43,131 bases of DNA from UHGV virus genome UHGV-0207032. One strand, 5' to 3'. Origin of the DNA: a virus. Position numbers and translations under genes: made by a program. A model generated the notes under the pieces. The model searched no databases. It had not been told where the DNA came from and was given only the letters and a program-made list of their open reading frames with translations. Each line of letters begins with the position of its first letter. The stretch's first letter is position 1. Shown piece by piece: positions 16,063 through 24,796 of the stretch.

Positions 16063-16754
16063 GCGAACAGTTTACAGAAAAGCAAAACGAGATATTTAAC
16101 TTCTTGTTTACCTTAGATGTCAATAACCACGTTGAAAAGAAGAAAACAGGAAGTGTGCAACTCAGCTATCTTTCTTGGGCGTGGGCATGGGCAGAAGTGA
16201 AAAAGAAATTCCCAACGGCGGAGTACGAAATAGAAAAATTCGACAATAGCCTTCCTTATGTTTTTGATCCCAACACTGGCTATATGGTGTTTACCAAGGT
16301 CACAATCGAAGGACTGACACACGAAATGTGGTTGCCAGTGATGGACGGGGCTAATAAAGCGATGAAAGCTAATCCATATACCTACGACACAAAGAAAGCC
16401 AAGGGTTTAAGAGTTGATGCAGCTACCATGTTTGACATTAACAAAACGATAATGCGTTGCCTAGTAAAGAACTTGGCAATGTTTGGATTAGGATTGTATA
16501 TCTATGCTGGTGAAGATTTGCCTGAATCCCCATCAGCCAGTAAAGAGCAACTGGAAGAACTGAAATCGTTGTTTGAAGAAGCATCAAGCTTGCTGAAACG
16601 ATCGCCGAAGACATTTGAGAATCAAGCTTTGGCACACTTTAATTACTCTGGAAAATTTGAGGATATAAACGAATCATTTTATGAGTTGCTAAAAGAGTAT
16701 ACGCAAAACGGTATTGATCAAATGAAAGCTGCTCAAGAAAACAAAGAGAAGTGA
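16059..16754 (+). CDS. Rad52/Sak-like single-strand annealing protein
   Basis: SYLSWAWAWAEV and KNLAMFGLGLYIYAGEDL blocks resemble the Rad52 N-terminal annealing-domain motifs (..GWAHSI.. / ..RSFGNALGNC..); sits at the start of the replication/recombination module. Confidence 0.5.
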   Translation: MSEQFTEKQNEIFNFLFTLDVNNHVEKKKTGSVQLSYLSWAWAWAEVKKKFPTAEYEIEKFDNSLPYVFDPNTGYMVFTKVTIEGLTHEMWLPVMDGANKAMKANPYTYDTKKAKGLRVDAATMFDINKTIMRCLVKNLAMFGLGLYIYAGEDLPESPSASKEQLEELKSLFEEASSLLKRSPKTFENQALAHFNYSGKFEDINESFYELLKEYTQNGIDQMKAAQENKEK

Positions 16755-16759
16755 TGTAA

Positions 16760-17437
16760 ATGAACAATCTTTCGTATCTAGCAAAAATAACAAATGTCGA
16801 TGGAGACAAAGTCACTTTGCAGCTCAAAGAGTCGCTAAACATCGAACGACTCAAAACAATCTTTGATGGATATGATGGCGAGAGACAAGCGGAAATATTC
16901 ATCAAAGACCCACGAGGGTTCACAGTCGAACAGAGACGCTTCACATTCGCTTTAATGCAAGACATATACATTTACACTGGCGAACCATTAGAGAGCCTTA
17001 AAGATGTGTTCTATTGGCAATTTCGATACTTCACAGGGAAGAACATCAGCTTGTCGAATCAATCGGAGAACACAGTCGATGAAGTCTCAACATTAGATGA
17101 ATTGATATTAGATTTCATTTTTGCAAATGACATTCCGTTTCGTGAAGGATATGAGATTCCGCCGCAAAATGAACAGTACTTTTTTTATAAATGTGTGACA
17201 AACAGGACTTGCTGCATTTGCGGTAAAAAGAACGCTGACATCGATCACTTTGACAAAGCCCTAGGCAGACGAAAGCGGAAAGAAGTAGATCACACAGAAT
17301 TTACTTTTGCAGCACTTTGCAGAACCCATCATACCGAGAAGCATCAAATGGGGATTACTGAGTTTAAGAAGAAGTATCGCGTTATCGGGATCAAATTGAA
17401 ACAGGATGAAATCATAAAATTAAGGATTGGAGGGTAA
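16760..17437 (+). CDS. HNH-nuclease-motif protein
   Basis: C-terminus CCICGKKNADIDHFDK...ALCRTHHTEKH fits the HNH zinc-finger/His-metal pattern. Confidence 0.45.
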   Translation: MNNLSYLAKITNVDGDKVTLQLKESLNIERLKTIFDGYDGERQAEIFIKDPRGFTVEQRRFTFALMQDIYIYTGEPLESLKDVFYWQFRYFTGKNISLSNQSENTVDEVSTLDELILDFIFANDIPFREGYEIPPQNEQYFFYKCVTNRTCCICGKKNADIDHFDKALGRRKRKEVDHTEFTFAALCRTHHTEKHQMGITEFKKKYRVIGIKLKQDEIIKLRIGG

Positions 17438-18317
17438 GGAGTTGGCAGAAATAAGTTGGATTAAGCTTAAGACGACAATGTTTGATGATGAAAAAATAAG
17501 GTTAATTCAAGCTGTTCCTGAGTCAGATGCAATCTTGGTCATATGGATAAGACTTCTAGTGCTAGCAGGTAAGACCAATGACGATGGCTTGATCTATATA
17601 CAAAGGAATATGCCCTACACAGAAGAAATGTTAGCAACTCTATTTGGAAAGAATGTTAACACAGTAAGACTAGCACTCAAAACCCTTGCTGGTTTCAACA
17701 TGATTGATCTTAACAATGATGGCTTAATTGCTATTAGCAACTGGGAAAAACATCAGAATATTGAAGGAATGGAGCAAGTTAGGCTAAAGAATGCTGAGAG
17801 AAACAGGAAATACCGTGAGCGTAAAAAGCAAGAATTACTCGAGGCTAGTCGTGACGTTAGCGTGACGTCACGTGACGGTACAGATATAGATAAAGAAGTA
17901 GATATAGATAAAGAAATAGATAAAGAGAGAGAAATAGATAAAGAAAAAGAAACAAAGAAAAAGAAGAAAACTTCCCCTCGCCACAAATACGGTGAATATA
18001 AAAATGTTCTTTTGAATGATGAACAACTTGAAAAACTCAAAGAAGAGTTTCCAAACGATTGGGAGCAACGAATCGATCGAGTTTCTGAATACTGTGAGCT
18101 GTCTGGTAAGACTTACAAAAATTATCTAGCAACCATAAGAGCTTGGGCGAGAAAGGATAAGCAAACACCTAAGAAGCAGGCACGATCGTATGCTCGACAA
18201 GAACAACTGCCAGATTGGGCGAAGGAGCCAGTCAATTATTCTAGCAACAAGCCAAAAGTGACTGATGAAGATTTAAGGAGGTTCTTAGAAGATGTCGGAG
18301 ACACAGAGGGATTTTAG
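17427..18317 (+). CDS. Phage replisome organiser / replication initiator (N-terminal replisome-organiser domain) with embedded origin repeats
   Basis: N-terminus ISWIKLKTTMFDDEKIRLIQ..LVIWIRLLVLAGK typical of Firmicute-phage replisome organisers; the gene contains iterons (see repeat feature). Confidence 0.6.
   Translation: MEGKELAEISWIKLKTTMFDDEKIRLIQAVPESDAILVIWIRLLVLAGKTNDDGLIYIQRNMPYTEEMLATLFGKNVNTVRLALKTLAGFNMIDLNNDGLIAISNWEKHQNIEGMEQVRLKNAERNRKYRERKKQELLEASRDVSVTSRDGTDIDKEVDIDKEIDKEREIDKEKETKKKKKTSPRHKYGEYKNVLLNDEQLEKLKEEFPNDWEQRIDRVSEYCELSGKTYKNYLATIRAWARKDKQTPKKQARSYARQEQLPDWAKEPVNYSSNKPKVTDEDLRRFLEDVGDTEGF
17850..17954 (+). repeat. Putative phage origin: 3x CGTGACG (with palindrome GTGACGTCAC) followed by 4 tandem 18-bp iterons GATATAGATAAAGAARTA
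   Basis: CGTGACG at 17850, 17861 and 17871; 18-bp units starting at 17883, 17901, 17919 and 17937; encodes the DIDKE repeat inside the organiser protein. Confidence 0.55.
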
Positions 18318-18603
18318 TAAGCCTGTTAAATTAATATTTAGTCTTTTGCCTGCTGAACATCAAGAATCGATGAGGTTTCCACTAGAGTCTATGACTGGTT
18401 ATGTCAAAGAGACAGGTGATACAGAATCTACAGGAGCAGAAGGTAAATTCAGAGTGTTTATGCTCATGTATCGACATTTGCTTATATCAAAGCGGTTAGT
18501 AGACAGCAATCACTTTGGAAAGAATTTCATGGATGTCACGACAGATGAACTTTGGAAAGAGGCGCAGCAGCTATACATCAGTTTGAAAAATGGAGGCGGA
18601 TGA
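18292..18603 (+). CDS. Hypothetical protein
   Basis: 103-aa ORF overlapping the neighbouring gene ends. Confidence 0.35.
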   Translation: MSETQRDFSKPVKLIFSLLPAEHQESMRFPLESMTGYVKETGDTESTGAEGKFRVFMLMYRHLLISKRLVDSNHFGKNFMDVTTDELWKEAQQLYISLKNGGG

Positions 18604-18787
18604 CATGGAGAAAGTGATTTGCTTAGACGGGTGGCGATTTGACTTCCCTAAAAGATTACTCGTGAGAGCAGCGGCACTCTTAGATTCTGGTATGAAGCCA
18701 ACGGAGGTTGCACAAGAATTGAAATTATCAGAAAGGGATATAGCGGTCATAACTTTGGACCTCTTGGATAAACGAAATGCCTTATAA
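18590..18787 (+). CDS. Hypothetical small protein
   Basis: 65-aa ORF, coupled. Confidence 0.3.
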   Translation: MEADDMEKVICLDGWRFDFPKRLLVRAAALLDSGMKPTEVAQELKLSERDIAVITLDLLDKRNAL

Positions 18788-19160
18788 CAAAAAGATTGTA
18801 ATTCCTGGTGAATTGACTGACTTGAATAAGTTCATCAATAGCCAGCGGACAAACCGCTATGCAGGCGCCAAGTTGAAAAAGGAGAATACGGAAAAATGTT
18901 GCTATGCATTCTTGATGGCGAAAGCGGCAGGGTTAAGAGTGACAACGCCGATCAACTTGAAAATCACTTGGTACTGCAAAAACAAGCGCAAGGATCCCGA
19001 TAATGTGGCTTTTGGTGTCAAGTTTATATTAGATGGCATGCAGCAAGCAAGAATGATTGAAAACGATGGATTCAATGAAATCAAGGAAATTCACCATTAT
19101 TTTGGAGTGGATAAAGATTGTCCAAGAATTGAAATTGAGATATTGGAGGAAGAAAAATGA
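18777..19160 (+). CDS. rusA: RusA-like Holliday-junction resolvase
   Basis: 127 aa; KRKDPDNVAFGVKFILDGM block matches the RusA D.DN..K..lD catalytic pattern. Confidence 0.6.
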   Translation: MPYNKKIVIPGELTDLNKFINSQRTNRYAGAKLKKENTEKCCYAFLMAKAAGLRVTTPINLKITWYCKNKRKDPDNVAFGVKFILDGMQQARMIENDGFNEIKEIHHYFGVDKDCPRIEIEILEEEK

Positions 19161-19600
19161 ATACAGTAAATTTAATCGGCAGATTGGTAAGAGATAACGA
19201 ATTGAAGTACACGAAGTCTGGCAAAGCGGTGGCTACAAATACCATAGCATTAGATGACGGATGGGGAGATAACAAGAAATCATATTTCATCCCGATCGTT
19301 GTATGGGAGAAGCAAGCTGAATCATTAGCGAACTACACAAGAAAGGGATCAAAAATTGCAGTCATCGGCAAGCTGACTAGCAGAAGTTATGAAACGAATG
19401 ACGGACAGAAAAGAACAGTTGTCGAGGTTGTAGCGAATCAATATGGCGGAATCGAGTTTTTAGACGCCAAAAACAACGGTGGCGGCGTTTCAAATAGCCA
19501 AACGACTAATAATGCCAACGCTCAACAAAACCGAAACAACATTCAATCAGACCCATTCAGCAATTCATCGATCGATATTGATGATAGCCTTCCATTTTGA
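19157..19600 (+). CDS. ssb: Single-stranded DNA-binding protein
   Basis: OB-fold N-terminus NTVNLIGRLVRDNELKYTKSGKAVA; Gly/Asn/Gln-rich tail ending DDSLPF. Confidence 0.9.
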   Translation: MNTVNLIGRLVRDNELKYTKSGKAVATNTIALDDGWGDNKKSYFIPIVVWEKQAESLANYTRKGSKIAVIGKLTSRSYETNDGQKRTVVEVVANQYGGIEFLDAKNNGGGVSNSQTTNNANAQQNRNNIQSDPFSNSSIDIDDSLPF

Positions 19601-19751
19601 GAGGTGAGCAGATGACACCAACTCAAATCCAAATCAGAAACATGTCAGATAAGGACCTAGTATGGAGAAAGAAAGTGATCGACAGCCATATCGAGAGATT
19701 GCTCAAGCAACAGGAATGGCTAGCCGAGGAAATGGAACGGAGGAGTAAAGC

Positions 19752-19985
19752 ATGAAACTAGCAGACACGGTAACAGGCGTGCAAGACGGCAAGTATAGCC
19801 CACCGCCACGTGTAGTCAGAAAGCAACGTAGAGTAAAAGCAGGCATCGAGTATTGGTGCGTGACCGAACGTTTTGCAAAACCTTTCAAAGCAGTGTGTGT
19901 CAAAGTGCTTGAAAATTCAGCTATTGTGACGTTTGGCAGCGATCGGACAGTAGTTAAATTGCGAAATATGAAGAGGGTGGAATGA
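19752..19985 (+). CDS. Hypothetical protein
   Basis: 77-aa ORF with RBS GGAGGAG. Confidence 0.35.
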   Translation: MKLADTVTGVQDGKYSPPPRVVRKQRRVKAGIEYWCVTERFAKPFKAVCVKVLENSAIVTFGSDRTVVKLRNMKRVE

Positions 19986-20296
19986 TGGCTAACAAAGAAG
20001 ATTTGTATCGGTTGGAAAAGCTAGTTAATACGCCAGGTGCTGATGAAGACGAAATCAGAGTTTTGAGAAAGGCTTTGTGGGGAAAGAGTTACGATCGACC
20101 GAAGCAGAATAGATACAACTCAACGCCTGTCAGATTTACTTTTCCAGATGGCGAAGTCAAAGAATTCAGCACACAGCGTGAAGCCGCAGAGATGTCAGGG
20201 CTGAACAAATGGACTTTGGATCGAGCATGCAGATTGCAGATACCTTTGAAGAAAGGCAATTTCGCAGGTGCAACGGTCGAGATATTGAGTCAGTAA
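19982..20296 (+). CDS. Hypothetical protein
   Basis: 104-aa ORF, coupled. Confidence 0.35.
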   Translation: MMANKEDLYRLEKLVNTPGADEDEIRVLRKALWGKSYDRPKQNRYNSTPVRFTFPDGEVKEFSTQREAAEMSGLNKWTLDRACRLQIPLKKGNFAGATVEILSQ

Positions 20297-20327
20297 TAGG
20301 AGGAAATAAAAGAATGGAGGGGAGCCG

Positions 20328-21086
20328 GTGAGAGCATTATCTCTTTTTTCAGGGATTGGCGGCATTGATTTAGCAGCAGAATGGGCAGGTATTGAAACTG
20401 TAGCATTCTGCGAATATGCTGATTTCCCCAGGAAAGTTTTAAATAAGCATTGGCCTAATGTGCCAATCTTTAAAGATGTTAAGGATCTCAATAGAGCAGC
20501 ATTAGAGAAAGAAGGGGTTATCGATCGAAACAGAACAATTGAGCTTATTCACGGAGGATTCCCTTGCCAACCTTACAGTGTATCCGGGGAGCAAAAAGGC
20601 AAAGAAGATGACCGTGATCTCTGGCCAGAAATGTCTAGAGTTGTCGAAGAACTCAGGCCCAATTGGGTTGTTGGAGAAAATGTTGCTAACTTCGCCAATA
20701 TGGAACTCGACCGTACGATATCTGACCTGGAAAACTTCGATTACCAAACAACAACGTTTGTACTTCCAGCTTTGGCCATCGGTGCCGAACATCAAAGGCT
20801 TAGAACATTCATTGTTGCCAACTCCTACGGCATCGATGTGGAAAGGTGCAGCGAGATCCAGATACCTTGGGGGGGAGAATTATCGCGGGAGTTTCACGCA
20901 AGAAGCTTTGAGGAAATCAATCGAAGATCCGCAGTATATCAACCCAGATTATGCCGAGCTTATAATGGGATTCCCGATCAAGTGGACCGACTTAAATCAT
21001 TAGGGAATGCTGTAGTGCCGCAACAAGCTTTCCCAATTTTTGCGGCAATTATGGAAATAGAAAGAGTTGTCAATCCGACGAGATAG
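20328..21086 (+). CDS. DNA cytosine-5 methyltransferase, orphan, unusually compact (252 aa)
   Basis: Motif I LFSGIGG, IV GFPCQPYS, VI ENV, VIII QRLRTFIVA, IX-like RAYNGIPDQV, X LGNAVVP; only ~30 aa between VIII and IX; no adjacent restriction endonuclease gene. Confidence 0.75.
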   Translation: MRALSLFSGIGGIDLAAEWAGIETVAFCEYADFPRKVLNKHWPNVPIFKDVKDLNRAALEKEGVIDRNRTIELIHGGFPCQPYSVSGEQKGKEDDRDLWPEMSRVVEELRPNWVVGENVANFANMELDRTISDLENFDYQTTTFVLPALAIGAEHQRLRTFIVANSYGIDVERCSEIQIPWGGELSREFHARSFEEINRRSAVYQPRLCRAYNGIPDQVDRLKSLGNAVVPQQAFPIFAAIMEIERVVNPTR

Positions 21087-21103
21087 CAGAAAGGAAAAAG
21101 ATT

Positions 21104-21334
21104 ATGGTATATCCGAATTTTAAGAAAGAAAGTTCCACCTGTGCTAATTGTGGCAACGCATTGTTCAATGATGGAGCATGGACTAATCAATCATATTTAA
21201 CGGTTAGAGACAATTTTATGATAGCTAAGTTTTTCCAGTTTGAAGATGGAACTGACAATATGTTTTGTGATGCAAATTATCTTGCTAGTTTTCTTTCAGC
21301 GGAAGAAGTGGAAATAGCAGAAAGCGAGGAATGA
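21104..21334 (+). CDS. Hypothetical protein (Cys-x2-Cys motif)
   Basis: 76-aa ORF; CANCGN motif. Confidence 0.3.
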   Translation: MVYPNFKKESSTCANCGNALFNDGAWTNQSYLTVRDNFMIAKFFQFEDGTDNMFCDANYLASFLSAEEVEIAESEE

Positions 21335-21666
21335 ATGTGAGTGAAATTAAAGCAGGTGACAAAATTTACTTCCAAGGAAATCAGGGGAAAGTTATGAAAG
21401 TAATATCAGATGAAAATGAGCCACTACTTGAAGTGGTTCTTACTCAAAAACGAGTGGCTTATTTAAATCCTAGTCAATTAGATCTATATCCTTTTGCAGA
21501 GAAACTCAACGAGAACCAGCAGATTGTAATTGATCTTGAAATGTCTGACTGTTCTGTGGAAGTTACTGGGTGGACTTATCCGGATGAGCTCGATACGGAA
21601 AATCTTAGATACCTTTTTGACAACGTTCTAGAAAATGCCAGAGCTTTGGAACAGGAGGAAGAGTGA
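21331..21666 (+). CDS. Hypothetical protein
   Basis: 111-aa acidic ORF. Confidence 0.35.
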   Translation: MNVSEIKAGDKIYFQGNQGKVMKVISDENEPLLEVVLTQKRVAYLNPSQLDLYPFAEKLNENQQIVIDLEMSDCSVEVTGWTYPDELDTENLRYLFDNVLENARALEQEEE

Positions 21667-21874
21667 TGGAAGATCAGGTAACAATTCCAGATGTTAGAGA
21701 AGCCATCAAAATGGCAAGAGAAATCACGCCGATTATGAACAACACTGAATACACCACATTGATGATCTTTTACAATCAAGTTTTGAATCGGTATCAAAAA
21801 GAAGTATATCCAGATGGATTGCCAGAAGAAAATTAATTCCGCAATCGTCAGCGATAGCAAACAGGAGGGATAAG

Positions 21875-22291
21875 ATGGTAACAAAATTTAGAGCGTTTTT
21901 AACCGAAACAAAAACAATACACCATGTGCTGCAAATTGATTTAAGCAGAAGTATGGTTAGTCTCAAAATTGAAAACGCCAGTGAGTGGTATTGGTTTAAA
22001 GAAGTAGTCCTCATGCAGTCCACTGGATTGAAAGACAAGAACGGCGTGGAGATTTTCGAGGGGGATATAGTGCGAAGCAATTGGTATGAATATGATAATA
22101 ATGCCTATAAAAAGAAAGGCGAAGTCATATTTGTGGGCGCCCAATTTGTAATTGCATATGATAGTCAATTTGATTTAGAAACGGGTGAAATTGAATATGA
22201 CGCACACAGTTTGTCATATGCGGAAAATCCAGAAGTCATCGGCAACATCTACGAGAACCCAGAACTACTGGAGCAAGCCAATGAAAACTAG
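21875..22291 (+). CDS. YopX-family protein
   Basis: IFEGDIV...GNIYENPELL matches the YopX family signature; RBS AGGAGGGA. Confidence 0.65.
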   Translation: MVTKFRAFLTETKTIHHVLQIDLSRSMVSLKIENASEWYWFKEVVLMQSTGLKDKNGVEIFEGDIVRSNWYEYDNNAYKKKGEVIFVGAQFVIAYDSQFDLETGEIEYDAHSLSYAENPEVIGNIYENPELLEQANEN

Positions 22292-22469
22292 CCAAGCAAT
22301 CATATTGATACTGCTAACGATCGCTGGCTTGAGTTGGCTATCCTATACAATAATTGACCAACAAAAGCAGATCGTGAAGCTAGAACAGCAGTTACAAGAA
22401 GTGCAAATGAAGTATGAAATTATCAAGAATGATCCGTTAGCACGGGATGCGATGGAAGCAGGGGGATGA
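22281..22469 (+). CDS. Small membrane protein
   Basis: 62 aa with a single TM (AIILILLTIAGLSWLSY); start overlaps the yopX stop. Confidence 0.35.
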   Translation: MKTSQAIILILLTIAGLSWLSYTIIDQQKQIVKLEQQLQEVQMKYEIIKNDPLARDAMEAGG

Positions 22470-22565
22470 ATGATGGACTTTGCAGTAGCGATTTTTCTCG
22501 CAGTCGTAGCGACAGTGGTCGCAAACGTGATTTTTGGTAAGGAAGACAATAAGGAGGGCAAGTGA

Positions 22566-22979
22566 TTGAGTAAGAATGATTCATTAATCAATGAGCTGGA
22601 TAGAAAGTTTGCTAACTATCCAGCATACAACAAAGAGATTGCTATTCGTAAGGAAGAGTTAAAGCTTCGAGAAGTCGATGAAAATATTGGTGGCGGTCGA
22701 AGTAATATCATGAGCAATCCGATTGAGTCGCAGGTAATCAAGGAAATGTCTGATCCGTACATTATGAATCGAGAACTGTGGAAAAAGGCAGTCAAAGAAA
22801 CTCTGAGCGATCAAAGTGCAGAGATAAGACAGTTGATTGAAACCAAGTACTGGGGCGAAGACAGTTGGATGGATTGGGTAAGCTTCGGCAAAAAGCATGG
22901 ATATGCGAGAACGCCAATCTATCGTATTAGACAAAAAGTTTTACTCGACTTTGGCAGAAAGATCGGTGAAATCAATTAA
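22566..22979 (+). CDS. ArpU-family late-gene transcriptional regulator
   Basis: 137 aa; sits immediately upstream of the packaging module as in Enterococcus and Lactobacillales phages; sigma-region-4-like C-terminus. Confidence 0.55.
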   Translation: MSKNDSLINELDRKFANYPAYNKEIAIRKEELKLREVDENIGGGRSNIMSNPIESQVIKEMSDPYIMNRELWKKAVKETLSDQSAEIRQLIETKYWGEDSWMDWVSFGKKHGYARTPIYRIRQKVLLDFGRKIGEIN

Positions 22980-22989
22980 TTTGGGAAAG

Positions 22990-23575
22990 AAACGTGTAGT
23001 TTTCCCTGTGTCAAGAGGGGTAAAATAGTATTATCAGATATCGCCCACAAGCAAATGACAGATCATTCTCCTTTCATTAATGCTTAGTTGGTGCTTGTGG
23101 GCGATAGTCACTGTGGCGGAAAGGGTAAACGCTAAGTCCTAGTTGGGAAGGCAAGTGCACTTGCTAAGGAGTGAAACTCAACATGCAAGGTTCGATTCCT
23201 TGCCAGTGACATAGGCAAAAGCCTCCTGATTGCAAGGGGTAAGTGCAAGTAGCCTAAAAAAGCGCGCGGAGGTAGCTCCCTCAAGTTGGTATATAGTTTA
23301 AAGGGAAAACAGTCGTCAGAATGCGGAGGATGTCGGTTCGAGCCCGACTATGCCAATAGGGTTTATAGTTATCCCATTAAAAACTTGGTGTTTCGCTACC
23401 TTGATGCGAACGAACAAAGAAAGCAACCGAGGCTGTGGAAGGGCGGAGGAGCGGACGTCGGGCTCGTGTAGGTTGCTTTAAATTTAAGTCAATACTCTCA
23501 TTCCCTTGTGGCAGACGTGTATCTGATATGAGAGTTTTATAAGTCACTCATTGCGAGTGGCTTTTTATTTTGCAG
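22990..23575 (+). ncRNA. Candidate large structured non-coding RNA (ornate large RNA / tRNA-like element?)
   Basis: ~590 nt with no credible ORF; 14-bp inverted repeat ATCGCCCACAAGCA/TGCTTGTGGGCGAT (23039-23104); two tRNA T-arm-like hairpins CAAGG-TTCGATT-CCTTG (23186-23202) and GTCGG-TTCGAGC-CCGAC (23332-23348); recurring GCAAG hairpins; ends at terminator 23541-23572. Confidence 0.35.
23541..23572 (+). terminator. Rho-independent terminator
   Basis: AGTCACTC-ATTGC-GAGTGGCT stem (8 bp, one G-U pair) followed by TTTTATTTTG. Confidence 0.55.
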
Positions 23576-23584
23576 AAAAGCGAG

Positions 23585-24796
23585 GTGGCAGACATTACTA
23601 AATGGACGGAACAGCAGGTCAAACGATTGTCGGAATTGGCAAATGAAGGACTAACAAATATAGAGATAGCACCTGTGTTGTCAGAGGAGTTCGGCAAAGA
23701 GTTTTCATGGCCAAGCGTTAGAAGTAAACGTGCCAGGTTGGGTTTGCCACCGAGCGAAAAGAATATGCGTGTTAAGCAAACAGATAAGGCTAAGAAGAAT
23801 GTAGTATCTACAGAAATTAAATCAGATGGTACTCAGACAAACCTTATCAAGTTGCGTATGACTGAAGAACAGTCAAAGAATCCCGATTATGTATTACAAG
23901 CACACGGGTATGATCCCGAAAATTGGGAATTGGTTCAAGCGACTAATAACATCTGGGAACAGAACAACCAAGTAGATGGACTTATACAGCTTTATCAATC
24001 AAAGATAGTTGTTAAGCCGAAACATAAAGGATTTAACATAGCAGCCTTCACCGAATCAATCGAGCCAGTAAAGCTAACTGCAATCAAGAATGGTGACAGA
24101 AACTTATTCATCGGTTTGGCTGATTGGCATTTTGGTATCACTAAGCTAGAGGATTTACAAGATAAGCTCGCAAGAATGATTGAAGTTATCTCAAAAGGCT
24201 ATAAGCAGATTGTTATTGGTCAGCTAGGAGATTTATTCCATAGCAGCCAAATCAAGAAGTCGGTCACGATGGCTGGCACACAATTAGATGATGTGGACAT
24301 GGAGCAAGCGATTAAAGACGCTCGCTCCTTTTTTGACCTGTTGATTACTGAGTGTGTGAGACATTCGAAGCAAGTGACTGTTGAACATGCAGAGGGGAAC
24401 CATTCGGGAAACTTGGAATACATGTTTCTTCTGTACCTAGAAGCAAGATATCCGGATATCCAAGTGCACGCACACAACAAATACCGCCAAGCGTTCATGT
24501 TGGATAATGTGGCGATCATGATTACTCATGGGCAGTATGGCAAGCGAAAGGATTTGCCGATGTTGTTTGCTACTGAATTTAGCGATATATGGAGTAAGGC
24601 AACTACAAGGGAGATAATCACTGGTCATTTCCACACGCAACAGACAAACGACTATCAAGGTGTGATTCATCGGCAGTTAGGAACCATTAAGCCGAATGAC
24701 AGCTACGAGATAGAGAACGGTTGGACGATGGGCAAGAAAGTGCTGCAGTTGTTTGAATATGATAGTGAAAGGTTGAGGGTGACGTATGACATCTAA
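23585..24796 (+). CDS. HTH-domain / calcineurin-like metallophosphoesterase (Mre11/SbcD-like) fusion protein
   Basis: Phosphoesterase motifs GLADWHFG, GQLGDLFHS, AEGNHSGN, ITHGQYG, ITGHFH in the C-terminal 230 aa; N-terminal ~100 aa helix-turn-helix-like (TKWTEQQVKRLSELANEGLTNIEIAPVL); the start is uncertain because the ORF-track TTG at 23570 lies inside the terminator, so GTG 23585 was taken. Confidence 0.55.
   Translation: MADITKWTEQQVKRLSELANEGLTNIEIAPVLSEEFGKEFSWPSVRSKRARLGLPPSEKNMRVKQTDKAKKNVVSTEIKSDGTQTNLIKLRMTEEQSKNPDYVLQAHGYDPENWELVQATNNIWEQNNQVDGLIQLYQSKIVVKPKHKGFNIAAFTESIEPVKLTAIKNGDRNLFIGLADWHFGITKLEDLQDKLARMIEVISKGYKQIVIGQLGDLFHSSQIKKSVTMAGTQLDDVDMEQAIKDARSFFDLLITECVRHSKQVTVEHAEGNHSGNLEYMFLLYLEARYPDIQVHAHNKYRQAFMLDNVAIMITHGQYGKRKDLPMLFATEFSDIWSKATTREIITGHFHTQQTNDYQGVIHRQLGTIKPNDSYEIENGWTMGKKVLQLFEYDSERLRVTYDI

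Noticed and set aside
17753-18068. Two minus-strand ORFs (95 and 66 aa) and the repetitive plus-strand sequence, considered briefly as a CRISPR-like or other repeat array.
   Set aside because: The repeats are 18-bp tandem iterons without spacers, lying inside the replisome-organiser coding frame. The antisense ORFs are low-complexity artefacts of the repeat.
20539-21003. 154-aa ORF overlapping the methyltransferase in another frame, whose tail (AELIMGFPIKWT) resembles MTase motif IX. I considered a frameshifted or pseudogenised MTase.
   Set aside because: The main frame (20328-21086) already contains motifs I, IV, VI, VIII, an acceptable IX-like block and X without interruption. The alternative frame is therefore most likely a chance open frame.
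23186-23356. Two tRNA-like T-arm/acceptor motifs (ends near 23210 and 23356), considered as phage tRNA genes.
   Set aside because: I could not build a complete cloverleaf with correct D-arm, anticodon-arm and variable-loop lengths for either. The upstream partner hairpins have 4-nt loops. They are kept only as part of the structured-RNA candidate.
23286-23471. 61-aa ORF inside the structured non-coding region.
   Set aside because: It has no RBS, lies in a region dense with RNA hairpins, and is Gly/Arg-rich in a way typical of a GC-rich structured RNA translated out of frame.
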